DNA of 64,000 bases from Lama guanicoe (GCA_013239625.1 MU053379.1:70490-134489); one strand, 5' to 3'; numbered from the stretch's first letter, positions 10,771 through 24,207 are shown. Notes: generated by a model from the letters alone, not told the origin. Program-made: numbers and translations.

Positions 10771-13739
10771 TTGATCAAGTAAGTCACATTTTAATTAATT
10801 CTATGAATTCAGCGTCTCCATACACATTAAAGATTTCTCCACAAAATTCAAGCTATTAAGAAAAAATATCATGGGGCAATCACATAGTAACTTCTTACTC
10901 TGAAACAACATGAGATCCACTTTTTTTTTAAAAAATCCATGTGATTTTGGGCAAGTCATTTAGCTTGGGAATTAGATTTTTTAACATTTAAAATGAAGGG
11001 TTGGATTGGATTGTCTCTGAGGATCCTCTTCTGACTCCATTATTAGTAAAGAGAAATTTGACAGATGTATAAAAACAAAGAAAAATTCTTTATATGCAAG
11101 AATTTTGTTCTTATAAATTCTTCCAAATAAAGGATTTACAAGAACAAAAATTCAGGCATTTCTGTTCCAACCCCTAAGTGTTTTCAGATTTGAACTTTGG
11201 ATACTTAATCCCGAAGAAAAATTTTCATCTTCCCTCAAACCTTTTCCAGCGTGTCCACTCCGACTTTGACCAGATTTCCTATGAAGAGAACAAACCGATG
11301 GATTTTGTCCTTACGTTCTTGCCTTGCTGTGCTCTCTCAGACCTCAGATCAACTCTGACCTTGTTGAGAGGGACTGTGGCCTATACTGTCTTTTTGTTCC
11401 TAGTAATTAGTGTTACATGTCAATCATCAATAAGCATTGGTTGAATGAGTAGAAGAACATTGAGCTGATTGTCCACACTGAGTAGAAGAACAAAAAGGTT
11501 CTTTAAAAACTGGAACAGCAGATATATTTTTGGAAACTGGAAAACAGTGGAGGCTGCACTTCCAGTCTAAGTTAGAGGTTTTCTACCTTCAACACAAAGC
11601 AATTTGATCTGCTATGGCCATGGGAGTGGGAACACAGTTTACTCTGTAAGGTGGGGGGAGCCTGAGTTCTCCAGCACACAAATCAGAGACTCCATTTCTT
11701 TTGGAACAGAAGAAGGTGGTAAGGAAATGAAAGTGCAGCCACCGTCTGGGCATCACTGATCTGGAGCGCTAAAGGCACCTGAACCACACGGGTCCCCAAG
11801 GGTGAGCGCAGGACTGGCGCCAGCCCTCCCAGCAGCAGGGAGGCCATGCATGCACACAGCCCTGTTGGTCTACGTGCTCTAGTCCATTTCCCATCAACAG
11901 AACAAGCACCAGGGGGGAGACGTGGAGGAAAACAGCCTCCTCATGTTCACCCCAGAAAGCCAGCATTTGGATAATCAGCAGGTGATCGGAGATTTTTTTT
12001 TTTTGAAAGTCATTGACTTTCTATTCAAGCTCTGTCATGATTCTGTCCTGGGTTTTGGCCAAGATTATCTCTGAAACTAAAAGATGGAAATAAACAAACT
12101 CACATTAAGCCATAGGATTTGATTTCTTCCATGTAACTTAAATACGCAGCAATAACACAATCACAAGAAAATGTTCAATTAGCAAAGAAGAAAACCCTGT
12201 CATTTTCATTGACTCAAAGTAGAGCTACGAAATTTAATGCAAGATCATTTATTGATTAACCCAGCGAAGTAGGTTCTAGAAACCAGTCTTGTAGAGGATA
12301 AAAATGTCTGATTTGGGAAAAATTATATTCAAGGGATTCATATTCATTTTAAACCTCAAAGTATGACTAATAACAAAAAATTGAGGCCTTAAGCTTCTGA
12401 TTAAAATCGATTCAGGAGTGGCCTTCCCCACAGCCAAGGAAATGCAGTAGAAATCCTCCTGTCTCTTGCATGGCTGTTCGGCAATTAATTAATTAACCCT
12501 TGATTGTTCCACCCACTGCTCCAGGGAGGGAGAGACTTGGTGGAGTACTGCGTCTCAATGACAAAGAACATGAGGCAATGAGATGTAAAGTGACCTCTTA
12601 AGTCGCAGAAGGAATCCAGGTTAGAACACAGCACAGAACGCACGCCCTCCCAGTGTCCTCTTCCGTGCAAAGAGGGGCATCTTCAAATAAGCGGATGGTG
12701 GCTCTTCATTCTCCACCAAAGCAGCCTTTTCAACTTAGAGCAGGAGGCAGTCAGACTCAGCACCACATTTCCTGTAGCCTTTTAAGAGAAGCAGCTACGA
12801 TGCCCTGTGGTACCTAGATCCCCCAGTGTCGAATATTTACAAATAGCTTGAAAAAGAGAGAGGAAAATGGTTGTACATAAACATGGATATCACACTGGAT
12901 CTTTATTTTCTTATGACTGGCTGCCTCCTAAAGGGAACTGGAAATTTGAAGCTGGGAACGGATCTTCAGAGCATTGTGATGGCCCAGCCACACTGACAAA
13001 CGTGCTTTTTAAAACATTTTTAAGTAGTTTCTTCCACACCATCTGGAGGGATTGAAGTTCAATGCAGCCAGTGTGTTGGTGGCTATAATAACACTGTTGA
13101 GTCCAAAAGCTCTTTATTTCAAGATTAAGAAGAATATGAGAAATTTGAATTGGAATATATCGGAAGACTGGAAGGAGTAGGTGCTGCTCGTAAGTTGGCA
13201 GAGAGACCATGAAATCCCATCTGAAGAGCAGGAGCAACTTGGCTCCACATGTTACCTTCATTCAAATTCATGGAGGAAGAAATCAACAGCGTCTGAAGTG
13301 CCTCAGAGTGAGGGTGGATGTGACAAGCACAGAAGGAATTACCGAAGACAGGAACCCGGCTCTGTGTGGCAGGGTTACTGAAAGTGCCTTTATTCACCTT
13401 TGAACTGCTCAGGGGAAAAAAAGAAAAAAAAATCTAGTAGAAGCAGATGTTTTCTTCTCAATGTTTTTTAGCAAACACTCTGAGCAGTTGGACCCAGTCG
13501 CTGCTTCCCTTGGTCCGCACGGGCTGTCATAGACTGCAGTTGGTGGACCACTGGATAGCAAACGGCCTGGGTGGAAACTGCTTCAGTGTGTGCACCCACC
13601 TCACTCCCCAGGCAGCCAGGGTTCAGAGCTCCCTGTGAATCCCGATGTTGCTGGGGAAAAGGAACTTTCCAGCCCCAGCTTGGAGGGATGAAGTCAAGGT
13701 CCCAGGATCTTGGTCAAGGACTCAAATTGTCTTCCTAGC

Positions 13740-14130
13740 TGTTATAGGATGAATTGTGCCCACGACCCTGCCTTTCATATGCTGAAGCCCTAACCCCCAG
13801 TAGCTCAGAATGTGGCTATATTTGGAGATGGGGTTTTAAAGAGGTGATGAAATTAAAACGAGGTCCAGAGAGTGGCTCTAATCCAGTCTGACTGGTGTCC
13901 TCATAAGAAGAGGACGTTAGGACACAGAGAGACACGAGGGGTGCACACCCACCGAGCAAAGGCCACGCGAGGTCACGGGGAGGTGGTGGCCGTCTGCAAG
14001 CCGAGGAGGGGGCCTGGGGAGAAGTCACACCTTTGTGGACATCCAGCCTCCAGAACTCGGAAAATAAAATTCTGCTGTGTGAGCCACCCAGCCTGTGTAC
14101 TTTGTTGGGCAGCCCAAGCAGATCAAGGCA
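13740..14130 (+). mobile_element. MaLR LTR (MLT1B/C-like)
   Basis: tgttataggatgaattgtgcc...gaagccctaacccccag...ggtgtcctcataagaagagg...aaaataaaattctgctgtg. Confidence 0.85.
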
Positions 14131-16074
14131 TCACGTGTGCAAAGGAGCAGACTCCCTGGGTCCAGGCACACAACAGGGGCTCAAGAATGTTTGCTGAATG
14201 AGTGAATGAATGAAATGGATGTGCTTCTCCTTCAGTTTCCTCATTTCTCTAAAGGAGGCACTGTTACAGTTACTCCATCACAGGGTGGTGGCTGGAAGTA
14301 CCTGTCAAGTCCTTTAGAACACTGCAGCGGGCACGTGGCAAACCCATAAAAGTGTTTGATCTTACGACCTTTCTCGTTAAGCTTTGTGTTTGTTTTCATC
14401 TTTGGGGGATTATAGACAATGAGCCGTAAAGTAGGCGGGGAGATATGTACTTGAGCACCAGGAGTATTTTCCCGTAGAACTTGGGCTGTTTCTCTCTGTT
14501 ACACCCAGTTGGTTTGTGGACCAGAAAATCGCAGAGGTTAGAAATGGAGGAGATGGGTCCCCTCACCTCTGGCTCATCCTTTGACGGTCAGGTTAGGTTG
14601 TTTCATGACAGTTTGGTGTTTTACATCAGGGGTGGGAATGGCAGGTGGGAGGAATGAACCCCTATGATTTACTTTCCCTGCTCTCCCACCTCTCTAGTCC
14701 CAGCAAAGGCATCGGACCCCATACAGGCAAGACTTGGACCTGGACGGTCATTGAGGGGGAGGTGCGAGAAAGGCCAAGTTCCTACATCAGTGCTTTAAGG
14801 GGTAGAACCGTCACGATTTTTGTCTTAACAACTCTTCCCCTGAGGACTAGATTTTACTTCTCTTTGGTTACCCCAAGTTACTCTCCCTCCCTCTACAGCA
14901 CAAGCCCCCAAGTAAAGCTAACTGAGCCAACTTTTGCTCTCTATGTCATAATTATGGAGCCAGCCTGCTACATGCTCCATTAATCTCTCAAACCAGCCTC
15001 AGACTTGAGCTGTCATGAAAGTGTTTCCAATTATAACAGCAGGCTGTTTATCCGACGATGTCTTGGGGGGTGCCCATGCCCCTTCCAGGCCCCTGTGTTC
15101 TTTCCATTTCCCTGCTGCATTATTATTAACTTGAAGTTTCCCACTGTTGATCGCATCTATGTTTGCCCACATCCTGCAGCCCCTTTTGAGCAGGAGTTTG
15201 TGGAGAGCACGCCTGGTAGGGTCAGGTAACCAGTCCCAACGTGGGTGCAGAGGAAGCTCAATGACTCAGGGATGGGATGGGAGGTGCTGGTCACATCCAG
15301 CTCTACCTTTGATCTTTTGGCCCATCTGGAGCACCTCGATTCTTGATTATTCTTTTCTGAGCAGTCAGTTTCATGGAGCACATCAAAACTGACAAGTGTG
15401 CCATTGAGAGGCCAGGCAGAGAGGGAGAACATTTTAAGTTTTCAATTTTGAAATGCCGGCTGTCTCCAGGAAAAGTCGGTTTGGCTAACAGGTGGATGGG
15501 AACACAAAGGATGCATGAGCTTACAGCAGCAGCCTCAGTAAGGTGGATTGAGACAGGTGCCAACAAGGGAAGAGAAAAAGGGGAACCTGTCCCAGCCAGC
15601 TGTCAGCCCTGAACGCAAAGGGTGACAGCTGGGAAGGCTGCTGACAAGGAGAGAGAAAAAGAGGACGATAGAGCAGAAAGTGAGGAAGAAATCTGGCAAG
15701 TGCAGCCTCCCACCTTGCACCTGTTCAGTAAAGGATGCTCTACCCTGCCCCACATGTCGTCTGACCCCCAGGGACCTGGGACACATGGGTAGCCAGTCGA
15801 GCACAGAGAGCTGGCTGGCCCCAGGGCCTCCTTCCTGGCCACTAAAGTTTCTGCCTGTGAACCAAAGTCAAAGAATTTTTCTTCTACTCTTTTTCCCATA
15901 GGTGTTTAAAAGAAAATAAAACCATAGGATATTAGAGCTACAAGCAAGCTTGGGGATTTTCTTAATAACCCTTCATTTCACCCTGCCCAGGAGCACACAG
16001 GGATGCTGGAATGGGTGACTGCCTGCCTGCTACATGCCAACCACAGCTCGCCACTTCTCTGTTTGTTTTCTAGT

Positions 16075-16720
16075 GTACTTTTTATTGACGTATAACATCC
16101 TCTGATCAAAATTCACAAATCCTAAGTGTATGGCTGTTTGCGTTTCACAAAGTGAATACATTATACCCATGTAATGAGCATCCAAATTAAGCAATATATC
16201 ATTCCCAGCACCTCAGAAGCCCTCATGGTGCCTCTTTCCAAGGGTGGCCTCTATCTTGATCTCTAGTAAGGTAGATCCATTTGCCTGTTTTTGAAATCTG
16301 TATAAATAAAGCCAAACAAGAAGGCCCATTTTATGTTTGGCTTCTTTCACTCAACATTATATTTGCAAGATTTATCCATGTCATTGCATGTAGCAATAGT
16401 TGGTCCATTTTTGTTGTCATGTAATATTCCATTGTGTGAATAGATATACCATACTCAATCTCGTTATCCATTACACTGTTGAAAGACTTATGGGTGGCTT
16501 CCAGTTTGGGGTTATTGTATATAGTGCCCTGAGCACATTTGTGTAGTGGATTTTGCCTGTACACATGCATGCCTACTGAGCATTTAACTGGGAAAGAAGT
16601 TGTGATGTATTCATACGTTCAGCTTTAGTAGATACGGTCAAACACATTTTGAACGTGGTTGTGCTAATTTACACTCCCCCAGCAACATATGAGTACTGTC
16701 TGCCTTTTTCGCTTTAGCTA
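16075..16720 (-). mobile_element. L1M fragment
   Basis: Degenerate ORF2 C-terminus (ORF 16331-16570, ...TMEYY...WINLANIMLSERSQT) plus an L1 3' UTR. Confidence 0.8.
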
Positions 16721-18481
16721 TTCCAGAATATGGGTTATGATGTGCTTTTGAAACTCAAAGATTTGGAGTAAGGTTTATTCCCTTAGTGGGAATATTCAGT
16801 GAGCTGGTTAGTGCACTGATTTCTGGTTTCTGATGCCTACTGCCGGAGCAATCTACAGGATGCTGTCAACCGGAAAATATTTAATACCTAAGGTGGAATG
16901 ATTCAGAAAAAGTATGAGGCAAAGAGTTCACGCTCAACTTGAGATGTTTCTAACAGGCCACAATTAAGTACTAAGGGTTTGGAATCAGTGTTAAATGTTC
17001 TCTTAATGTTTGTTAGATGCTGGATACTAATTAAATACACAGTAGAATCAGTCGCTGAGTGCAGAGAGGGAGCGAGAAGACAGGTCACTGGGGCTGGGAA
17101 AAGCTTCAGGAATGAAATGGGACTTCAGCAGGGCCTTTCAGTGCAGGACGCTGGCGGGCAGAGGCAACTAGACAGTATTTCATGACACTTTCTATGCAGA
17201 TGGGCGTGCATATTTGTATATGTAACACAGAGCAAATATTTTAGTATCGACCATTACCTGAATTGCCAGCACCTCAGGGAGAGGCATGATTATGTCAGAA
17301 GCACAAGGATCAACTCATGGAATGTTTCAGAGAATTAGTGCCATTCTTCAAGTTTCAGATTGTCTTCTTATATCTCGCATTAGCTGTGACTTCAGTCATT
17401 TAGAGCTTTGAAATTAAGGGGAGTTAGATTATTTGTATGTTGTCATCTGTTCAGGGTGGGGAAATGGATTCTACCACATCTATTTCCTACTTCACATTTC
17501 AAAATAATGAAGTAAATCTCCCATTTCTTGTAGGCACTTAAAGAGAATAAATGTTACCACAATGATATATCACTAGAAAGTTCTTTATGATGCTTTTAAT
17601 TTGGTGGGTACCTTTTTTTACCTCTTAAGAAAGAAATCTGACAGAGAGGGTCTTGCCTCCATATTTTATTTTTCCCTTTTTGTTTTTAGAAAACAAAACC
17701 TCAGGCAACATCTCCTCCTAAGAAGTACATTTCCAGCCTTGTTTATAACTAGGTGAGTCTATGTAACTAAGTACTGTCCAAAGTGATGTAAATAGAAGTA
17801 TAGTTTGAGACTTCTGAGAAGTCTACCTAAAAGACAGTGGGATAAGCCTTCTTCTTTCTTCCTTTCTGCTGGCCGGAATGTGGATATAATGGCTGGAACC
17901 CAAGCAGCCACCTTGGACCATGAGGTGATCTTTTGAATGAAAGTGGAAAAATAGAGCAGAAGAAATAGAGGGACATTTGATCCATGAAGACTGTGGAACT
18001 GCCCTAGCTTGCTGCTTTTCAGTTGTCTTTTATATAATAAAACTTTGTGAGGCTAAGCCACTGCAAATGAATCTCTGATCTTAGCACTTGAACATGGCAT
18101 GATTTACCACTGATGCAGATGAATAGAAATGTACCATCCATACTTCCCAACCTACACACTGTGGCCTGATGCTGTTTCCCTCCCTGCAGTCTTTCCAGTG
18201 GAGAGGGATTTGCACCTGGCTCCCTGTTTGGCTTCCTGCACTATTCATCAATGTCACTATTGGGCCAGTCTTGTTTATTCCCTTTCCCTGTGGGTTGATC
18301 TCAAGCTGTGGGGAAAAGAAGAAATATCTCTCCTCCCATAAAGACTGCAGACTTCTGTTATGACCTTTATGTCAGAGACATCCCTGTCCCAAAGGACTTG
18401 AGGCACCTTGAGAGGGTCATGATCTTGTTGCTTTGACATCTCACCCAGAAATATGAGAAAACTATTTCTCCAGAAAGCTCA

Positions 18482-18949
18482 TGTGGCAGTTTGTATTTTC
18501 CAGAAGTGAACCCAAGAATATCTCTGGTCCCACAGGAACTTCGAGAAGTTTTCCACCTCTCTCATCACAAGTGGAGCCTATGTCTCCTTCCTCAATCTCT
18601 CTCTCTCTCTCCAAGCGCATTTCTAGCTCTGAACTGCCATGTAAGAACTCCATTAGTCTGAAGTCACCATGCTGGGAAGGCCACACAGAAGTAGAGACAG
18701 ACGCCCAAGGATGCCAGATGCTCCCATCCTGCAGCTGTTTGGGTCTTGCCAGCTCAGATGCCAGGCGTAAGAATGAGAAAGCCTTCAAGATGACCCCAAC
18801 CCCAGCCTGATGTGAGATGCTCTGAGCAGAAGCTGCTTGGCTGGGCCTGCTCAACCCCCAGAACCATGAGAAAAACATAGAAAGATTGTTGTAGTTTTAA
18901 GCCATTAATTTTTCAGACAATTTGTTCACAGTGATAGGAAACCAAAACA
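18482..18949 (+). mobile_element. MaLR LTR (MLT1F/G/H-like)
   Basis: TG...CA ends; near-TSD GCTCA/GCCCA; tgtggcagtttgtattttcc start and ttgtagttttaagcca near the end. Confidence 0.75.
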
Positions 18950-20511
18950 GCCCAACAGGCTGCATGTCAGGGCAGAACCTGCATAACTTCCCTTAATAGA
19001 TTTTGCTTTGGGTCTGGAGACCTTAGAACCCTCTGACTACAAGGCCTGAGATTTCTTTCTGGGCCTCTAAGAGCCTCGTCACTCCCAGGGGCAGACTTTG
19101 TCCAAGGAAGATTGTGTAGGTGACTTTTTGGAAGACAGAAGTGAGTTGAATAGAGGGTGAAAAGATCTTGCACTTGACTACTGGGTTTTTTGGTACACAT
19201 TCTTGTGAAGTTCCTGGGGGTTTAGAATTGAGCAGAAGGGAAGGGACAAGGTTGTTGGGGGAGAGGTGAATCGTTTCCCTCTGTACTCTTTCCCAGGGCT
19301 GCAGAGGTTAGGGGTGGCCCTCAGTTTGGCTTTTATTACTCCCATTTTACAGAGGTGGAAACCAAGCCTTAGAGGGGCTAAGTATTTTGCACAAGCTCTC
19401 ATACCTAGTAAGTGGCAAAGGCAAGATTTGACTCATCTCAACACCCGGTCTGGCAAGAGATAAAACAATTGATGATGACATGAGATGAATTATGCAGAAA
19501 ACTATCCATCAAACTTGACTCTTGGAATGGCCAACTTGGCTTACAGCTGTTTGGCTGAGGAACAGGGTGAACACTAGCAGTGCCTTTGGAAAAGGATGAG
19601 AGGGTGCCTCCCACTACAGACTCTGACAGACAGGACTCCAGAGAGTGGGCGTCCTCTCCAGTGTCCCTCCTTTGCATGTGTATATAAATCTGCAAGCCAG
19701 GAAGTGACAGTAACTGAGCAGGCGTGTCACTACCTACACTTGACCCACTCGACTTTAATTATTAAATACCCCATACTTTGCTTGACGGGCCTCATCACTA
19801 TCAGGACAGAACCGAAATGTCGCTATTGGGATTCTCGCTATGTGAGAGCAGGCAGGGACCTTGGAGAGACCATGAGAAGCAGCCATTCATTTTACAGACA
19901 GAGACACCAAGGCCCAGAGTGAGTAAGTTAATGGTTCAGCTTGCGTGTCGAGTAGCATGAAACATGGCTGAGCTGGAGCCAGATTGGACCAGCCTGCAGT
20001 GATCCATTTTCAAACTTGCGGGAATTTTGCAAGCCTGCGACCTTGGTGGGAATATTTACACCACGAGAATCGGCAAACTCTCCAAATCAGGGCTCTCCTC
20101 TTCTCTCCTCCCACTGCAGAGCGAGTTGTTAAACATTTGCCAGCACAGCATTGGCCTTGACGTCCTCTCCTGTCTTGAGAGGTGGAATGGAGGTCCCCTG
20201 GGCTCTCGGCTTTCCCTCTGTTCTTACCAGCCTGTTGCCCTGAGCTCCCTTGCATGTTACTCATCAAGGTACAGCTCCCACAATGTAGGGCTTCCTGTCC
20301 AGATTTCACTTCAAAATCTCCAGACTTGTCTATCCAACTGCCTGCTTGATGGCCCCACCTGGACATCTCACAGTCGACTGAAATTTAACCTATTCCAAAT
20401 AAAACACGTGACTCCCCGCCTGCTCCCACCTCAACACCACTCACCGCTACTCCCCCAGTATTCACCCTGGAAAACAAGGACATATCCCTGATTATTCCCT
20501 TCTCTTCCCCA

Positions 20512-21299
20512 TGGTGTGGGTTAAATTGTGCCCTCAAAAAGATATGTTGAAGTCCTAACCCCTGGTACTTGTGAATGTGGTCTAATTAGAAACAGGATTT
20601 TGCAGATGTAATTAAGATGTGAGATGAGATCATACTTGTAAAAAAAAATTAATGAACAGGAACCTCAATTAATTGGAGTTAGGAGACCAGAAGGGGAGCT
20701 CTCACGCCCTCTGACAACAGCAGAGCCCAGCAGGAGAAGAAAGACTCCTCCTCCTTCCTGGCAAGGACTCAGCCAATGAATAGCCGTGGACTCTGCTCAC
20801 TGTAGCAGCCCCAACTTCCTTTCTTCTCTAAAAAAGCATTCTCCTTCCCTTGCCGTGCAGGGAATTGCATGTGGCTCAGTGTGGTTGCAGACCCAGAATT
20901 ACAATTCTCTGCTGATCCTGAATAAACCCATCTGCTGGAGAAATATCTGGCAGTCTGTTTCAGGTCAATGTACTGGAATAGGGTGGATCCTTAATCCAGT
21001 GTGACTGGTGTGCTTATAAGAAGAGGAGAAGAGACACAGAGACACACAGGACAGAGGCCAGGTGATGACTGGCAGAGATTAGAGTGATGTGTCTGCAAAG
21101 CTGAGGCACACCAAGACTTGCCAGCCACAGCAGAACACCAGAAAGGCATGGAATAGAATGTCCCCTAGAGCTTCAGAGACAGCAAGGCCAATACCTTGAT
21201 TTCAAACACCTACCCTCCAAAACTGTGACAGAATAAATTTCTGTTCTTTTAAGTCACCTAATTTGTGACAGTTCATACAGCAGCCCTAGGACACTGTAT
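20512..21299 (+). mobile_element. MaLR LTR (MLT1B/C-like), split by an ERV solo LTR
   Basis: The MLT1 consensus gagatcatact|ggaatagggtgg is interrupted at 20637-20970; 3' end gaataaatttctgttcttttaagtcacc. Confidence 0.85.
20637..20970 (+). mobile_element. ERV1-type solo LTR (334 bp)
   Basis: 4-bp TSD TACT (20633-20636, 20971-20974); starts with TG; CCAAT near 20773, TATA-like ctaaaaaag near 20828, AATAAA near 20921. Confidence 0.8.
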
Positions 21300-21817
21300 T
21301 ATTTCACAACCCTATGCTCTCCACATTCAATCCACCAGCAAGAGCTGTCAGTTATGTTTCCAGAGAGAATGCAAATCTGTCCACTTCTCTGATGCCACAT
21401 TAATTCAAGTTGCCCTCATCATCAGCGTGGACACTGCAGCCATTTCCTAACTAGTCCAGACTTGACTCCTCCAATTCATTCAGAAAGATCTCCACAAAGC
21501 CTCAGATCACATTCCTCCTCTGCTTAAACATCTGATTTCCATTGCTCTTAGCATAGCATCCAAATGTCTTAACATGGCTTGCAAGATGCCACCTGATCTC
21601 CTGATCTTTGAAGCCTCACCCTCTCCCTCCATTCTCCAGCTACACTGGTCTTTTTTTTTTTCCCTCAAGGTTGGCAAATTCCTTCTCATCTCAGGGCTTT
21701 TGCAAGAAGTATTTACTCTGCCTGGGGAACTCTCCGTTGCCTTCCTCCTAATGACTATCTTTCTAACTGCCTGTTCCTTCTTACCTTTAGGTCTATAAAG
21801 TCTTCCCTCCACCTCTG

Positions 21818-21894
21818 CTTTTTTTTCCCTCTTCCTTCCTTCCTTCCTCCCTTCTTTCTTTCTCTCTCTTTCTTTCTTCCTTCCTTCCTTTCTC

Positions 21895-21929
<35 letters not shown>

Positions 21930-21982
21930 TCCTTTCTTTCCTTTCTCTCTCTCTCTCCCCTTCCCTCCCTCTCTCTCTCTCT
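21818..21982. repeat. Polypyrimidine simple repeat (TTCC/TTTC/CT)n
   Basis: 165 consecutive pyrimidines on the + strand. Confidence 0.95.
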
Positions 21983-22011
21983 GATAGATTGCATTTTCAA
22001 AGATGGTCATA

Positions 22012-22497
22012 AAGAAGAGTCACGTATCACTCACCTTCTATGACCCAAGACACTGCAGCACCGGAGGCAGCCCAAATATCTTCAGAAAGCATCCCCCGGA
22101 GAAACAAGCTGGACCACTACCTCATCATCAAGTTCGCCTGGACCACTACGTCGTCATCAAGTTCCCCTGGACCACTACACCATCAGCAAGTTCCCCTGGA
22201 CCACTACGCCATCATCAATTTCCTCTGACCACTGAGTCAGCCATGAAGACAATAGAAGACACCTCACTCATGTTCACTGTGGATGTCAAGGCCAATGAGC
22301 ACCAGGTCAAATAGGCTGTGAAGGAGCTCTATGACATTGATGTGGCCAAGATCAACACCGGATCAGGCCTGATGGAGAGAAGGCGTATGTTTGACTGGCT
22401 CCTGGCTATGATACTTTGGATGTTGCCAACAAAACTGGGATCACCTAAACTGAGTCCAGTTGGCTAACTCTAAATACAAATTTTTTACCATAAAAAA
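22012..22497 (+). pseudogene. RPL23A: RPL23A (60S ribosomal protein L23a) processed pseudogene, 5'-truncated
   Basis: Translated pieces match RPL23A (PRRNKLDHY.IIKF, FPLTTESAMK.IED, VDVKAN.HQ.K, LYDIDVAK.NT, DVANK.GI). No introns; frameshifts; premature TAG at 22312-22314; native TAA at 22446-22448; short A tail; TSD AAAGATGGTCATA (21999-22011) and AAAGGTGGTCATA (22495-22507). Confidence 0.95.
22109..22224 (+). repeat. 4 x 29-bp tandem repeat inside the RPL23A retrocopy
   Basis: Units start at 22109, 22138, 22167 and 22196; consensus CTGGACCACTAC-NNC-ATCATCAAGTTCCC. Confidence 0.95.
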
Positions 22498-24207
22498 GGT
22501 GGTCATATTAGTATGCCCCCTCCTATAAGCTTTCTACAGTGTGAATTTGCCATTCCCACATCAATAAATGGAATGCAATTTCCTTCCCCTTGAATCTAGG
22601 CTGGCCTTATGACTCACTTGTAACCAACAAGACATTGTGAAATGCTTTGCTGTGTGACCCTCCAGGCTCGGTCCAGAAAGGCCATGAAGCTTCCACCTAA
22701 TTTTCTTGGGCTGCTTGGTTTGGGGGAATCCCACCCCTATGTAAGAAATAACTGCCCTAAGACCACCAGGCTGGAAACACCTTGCCTGGTCATTCCAGTT
22801 AGCAGTCCCTTGCGCGCTCAGTCTTTCAGCCACTTCTGCCACCAGACCTGTGAGTCCCAAGAGTGACTTCAATCTCTTCCAGGAGTAGAACCACCCAGCC
22901 ACTCCGTAACTGAAGTCCTGGCCCACACAGTCCGTGAGACATGATCGAACAGTTGTTGTTTTAAACCATTACGTTTGGGGGTAGTTTGTCATGCAGCGAT
23001 GGGAACACCTCCCCTGCAGTTACTCACAAACACTGACTTATTGGTCTGACCCCTTGGAGAGGCTGGAAGCTCCATGAGAGCAGGTGGCACACCTGTGCTG
23101 CTCGCTGTCAGGCCTTAAGTCCCTAACACAGGATTCCCGATGTTGTAGGTGTTGGGCAAGGATAAGAGGGTCCCAAAGTCTTCGTGCACAGACTTCCAGG
23201 CTATCTGTGCTGAATGAAGCAAGGGACAAACTCTTGTCTTAGCCACTTGTAATGGAATCTGACATTTGCAATTTTAGTCATGAAGGAAATAACTTAGAAC
23301 TAATTTCTTTCAGGCTCCTAAGCTGACCAGTCTTATTTAGAACCTTCTACTGAAATGACAAAATGTATTAAAAGTTATATTAATATCTTTCAGGAGCTGA
23401 AGTAACTTGGTAATTTTAAATGTCAGAAAGTAGCTTCATATTAAATCTGGAAAAAAGACTATGATTAAAGGGAGGCGATCCAATATCAATTAGAGATAAA
23501 CACTATTATTTTTTTCACCGTCCATTTTAATAAACTCATTAACCCATGTGATGATGTTTCTACTAGAGGATTTTGGAGAAATGTACAATAGTTGAACTGA
23601 CCCACATTCACCTTAAACAAAATAGAACAGGAAGTACCAGCCTCATTTACATAATTGTTTTGGATTCCCCAGACAGAAATAATTTTCAGGGTTGTCTTGT
23701 CCGAACATAATCTGCAATTTAAACTAGAGGCTTCATCTTTCTTCCACTCAACTTCCTTGTGATAAGAATCCAAACTGTCTCATGATGTTAAATCTGGCCT
23801 GAAATGTTTTATACATATCCTGGTCTGTTGTTGCAAGATGATTCTGACCACCCTAAAATTAGAGTGTGAACATGACATCTCTTTATTTCTTCAGAATCCT
23901 TTTCTGAAAGTATATGAAAATGCTACTAACCACTAATTCTCCTCTCAGCTAGGCTTGAATATATTTTCTTATACCATCATCTTACAGAAGTGCAGAATAA
24001 ATCTGGGATTAAATTACTCAGTGAAGGTCACTCAGAAGATAGATCATATAGTTGTAAATTGATTATTTTGATTTCCCTTCAGAAAGATTGAATCACCTCA
24101 GATACAAAACTTCTTATGCACTTAAGAACAGTCTATAATTGTGAAACTGCTTGTAAAAACTCTTTTGAACTTTCTAAGAATTATTTTTCAGAGGTGGTTT
24201 AAATTAG

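Larger units (their letters stand above)
20290..21800 (+). mobile_element. L2 fragment interrupted by an MLT1 LTR
   Basis: tatccaactgcctgcttgatg...cacctggacatctc before 20512 and caatccaccagcaagagctgtc...tcagatcacattcctcctctgcttaaa after 21299. Confidence 0.7.
21982..23008 (+). mobile_element. Old MaLR LTR (MLT1G/H-like) hosting the RPL23A retrocopy
   Basis: gatagattgcattttcaaagatgg... resumes after 22507 with ccttgaatctaggctggccttatgactcac... and ends near gttgttttaaaccatt. Confidence 0.7.

Noticed and set aside
14490..15900. Overlapping short ORFs, possibly an old LTR or ERV-internal segment
   Set aside because: No gag, pol or env motifs or TSD that I could verify; left unassigned pending a repeat search.
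21507..22010. Lys/Arg/Glu-rich minus-strand ORFs
   Set aside because: Translation of the (GAAA/GGAA)n strand of the simple repeat.
22109..22224. 29-bp repeats as a possible CRISPR-like array
   Set aside because: Units are head-to-tail with no spacers, derive from RPL23A coding sequence, and the DNA is mammalian.
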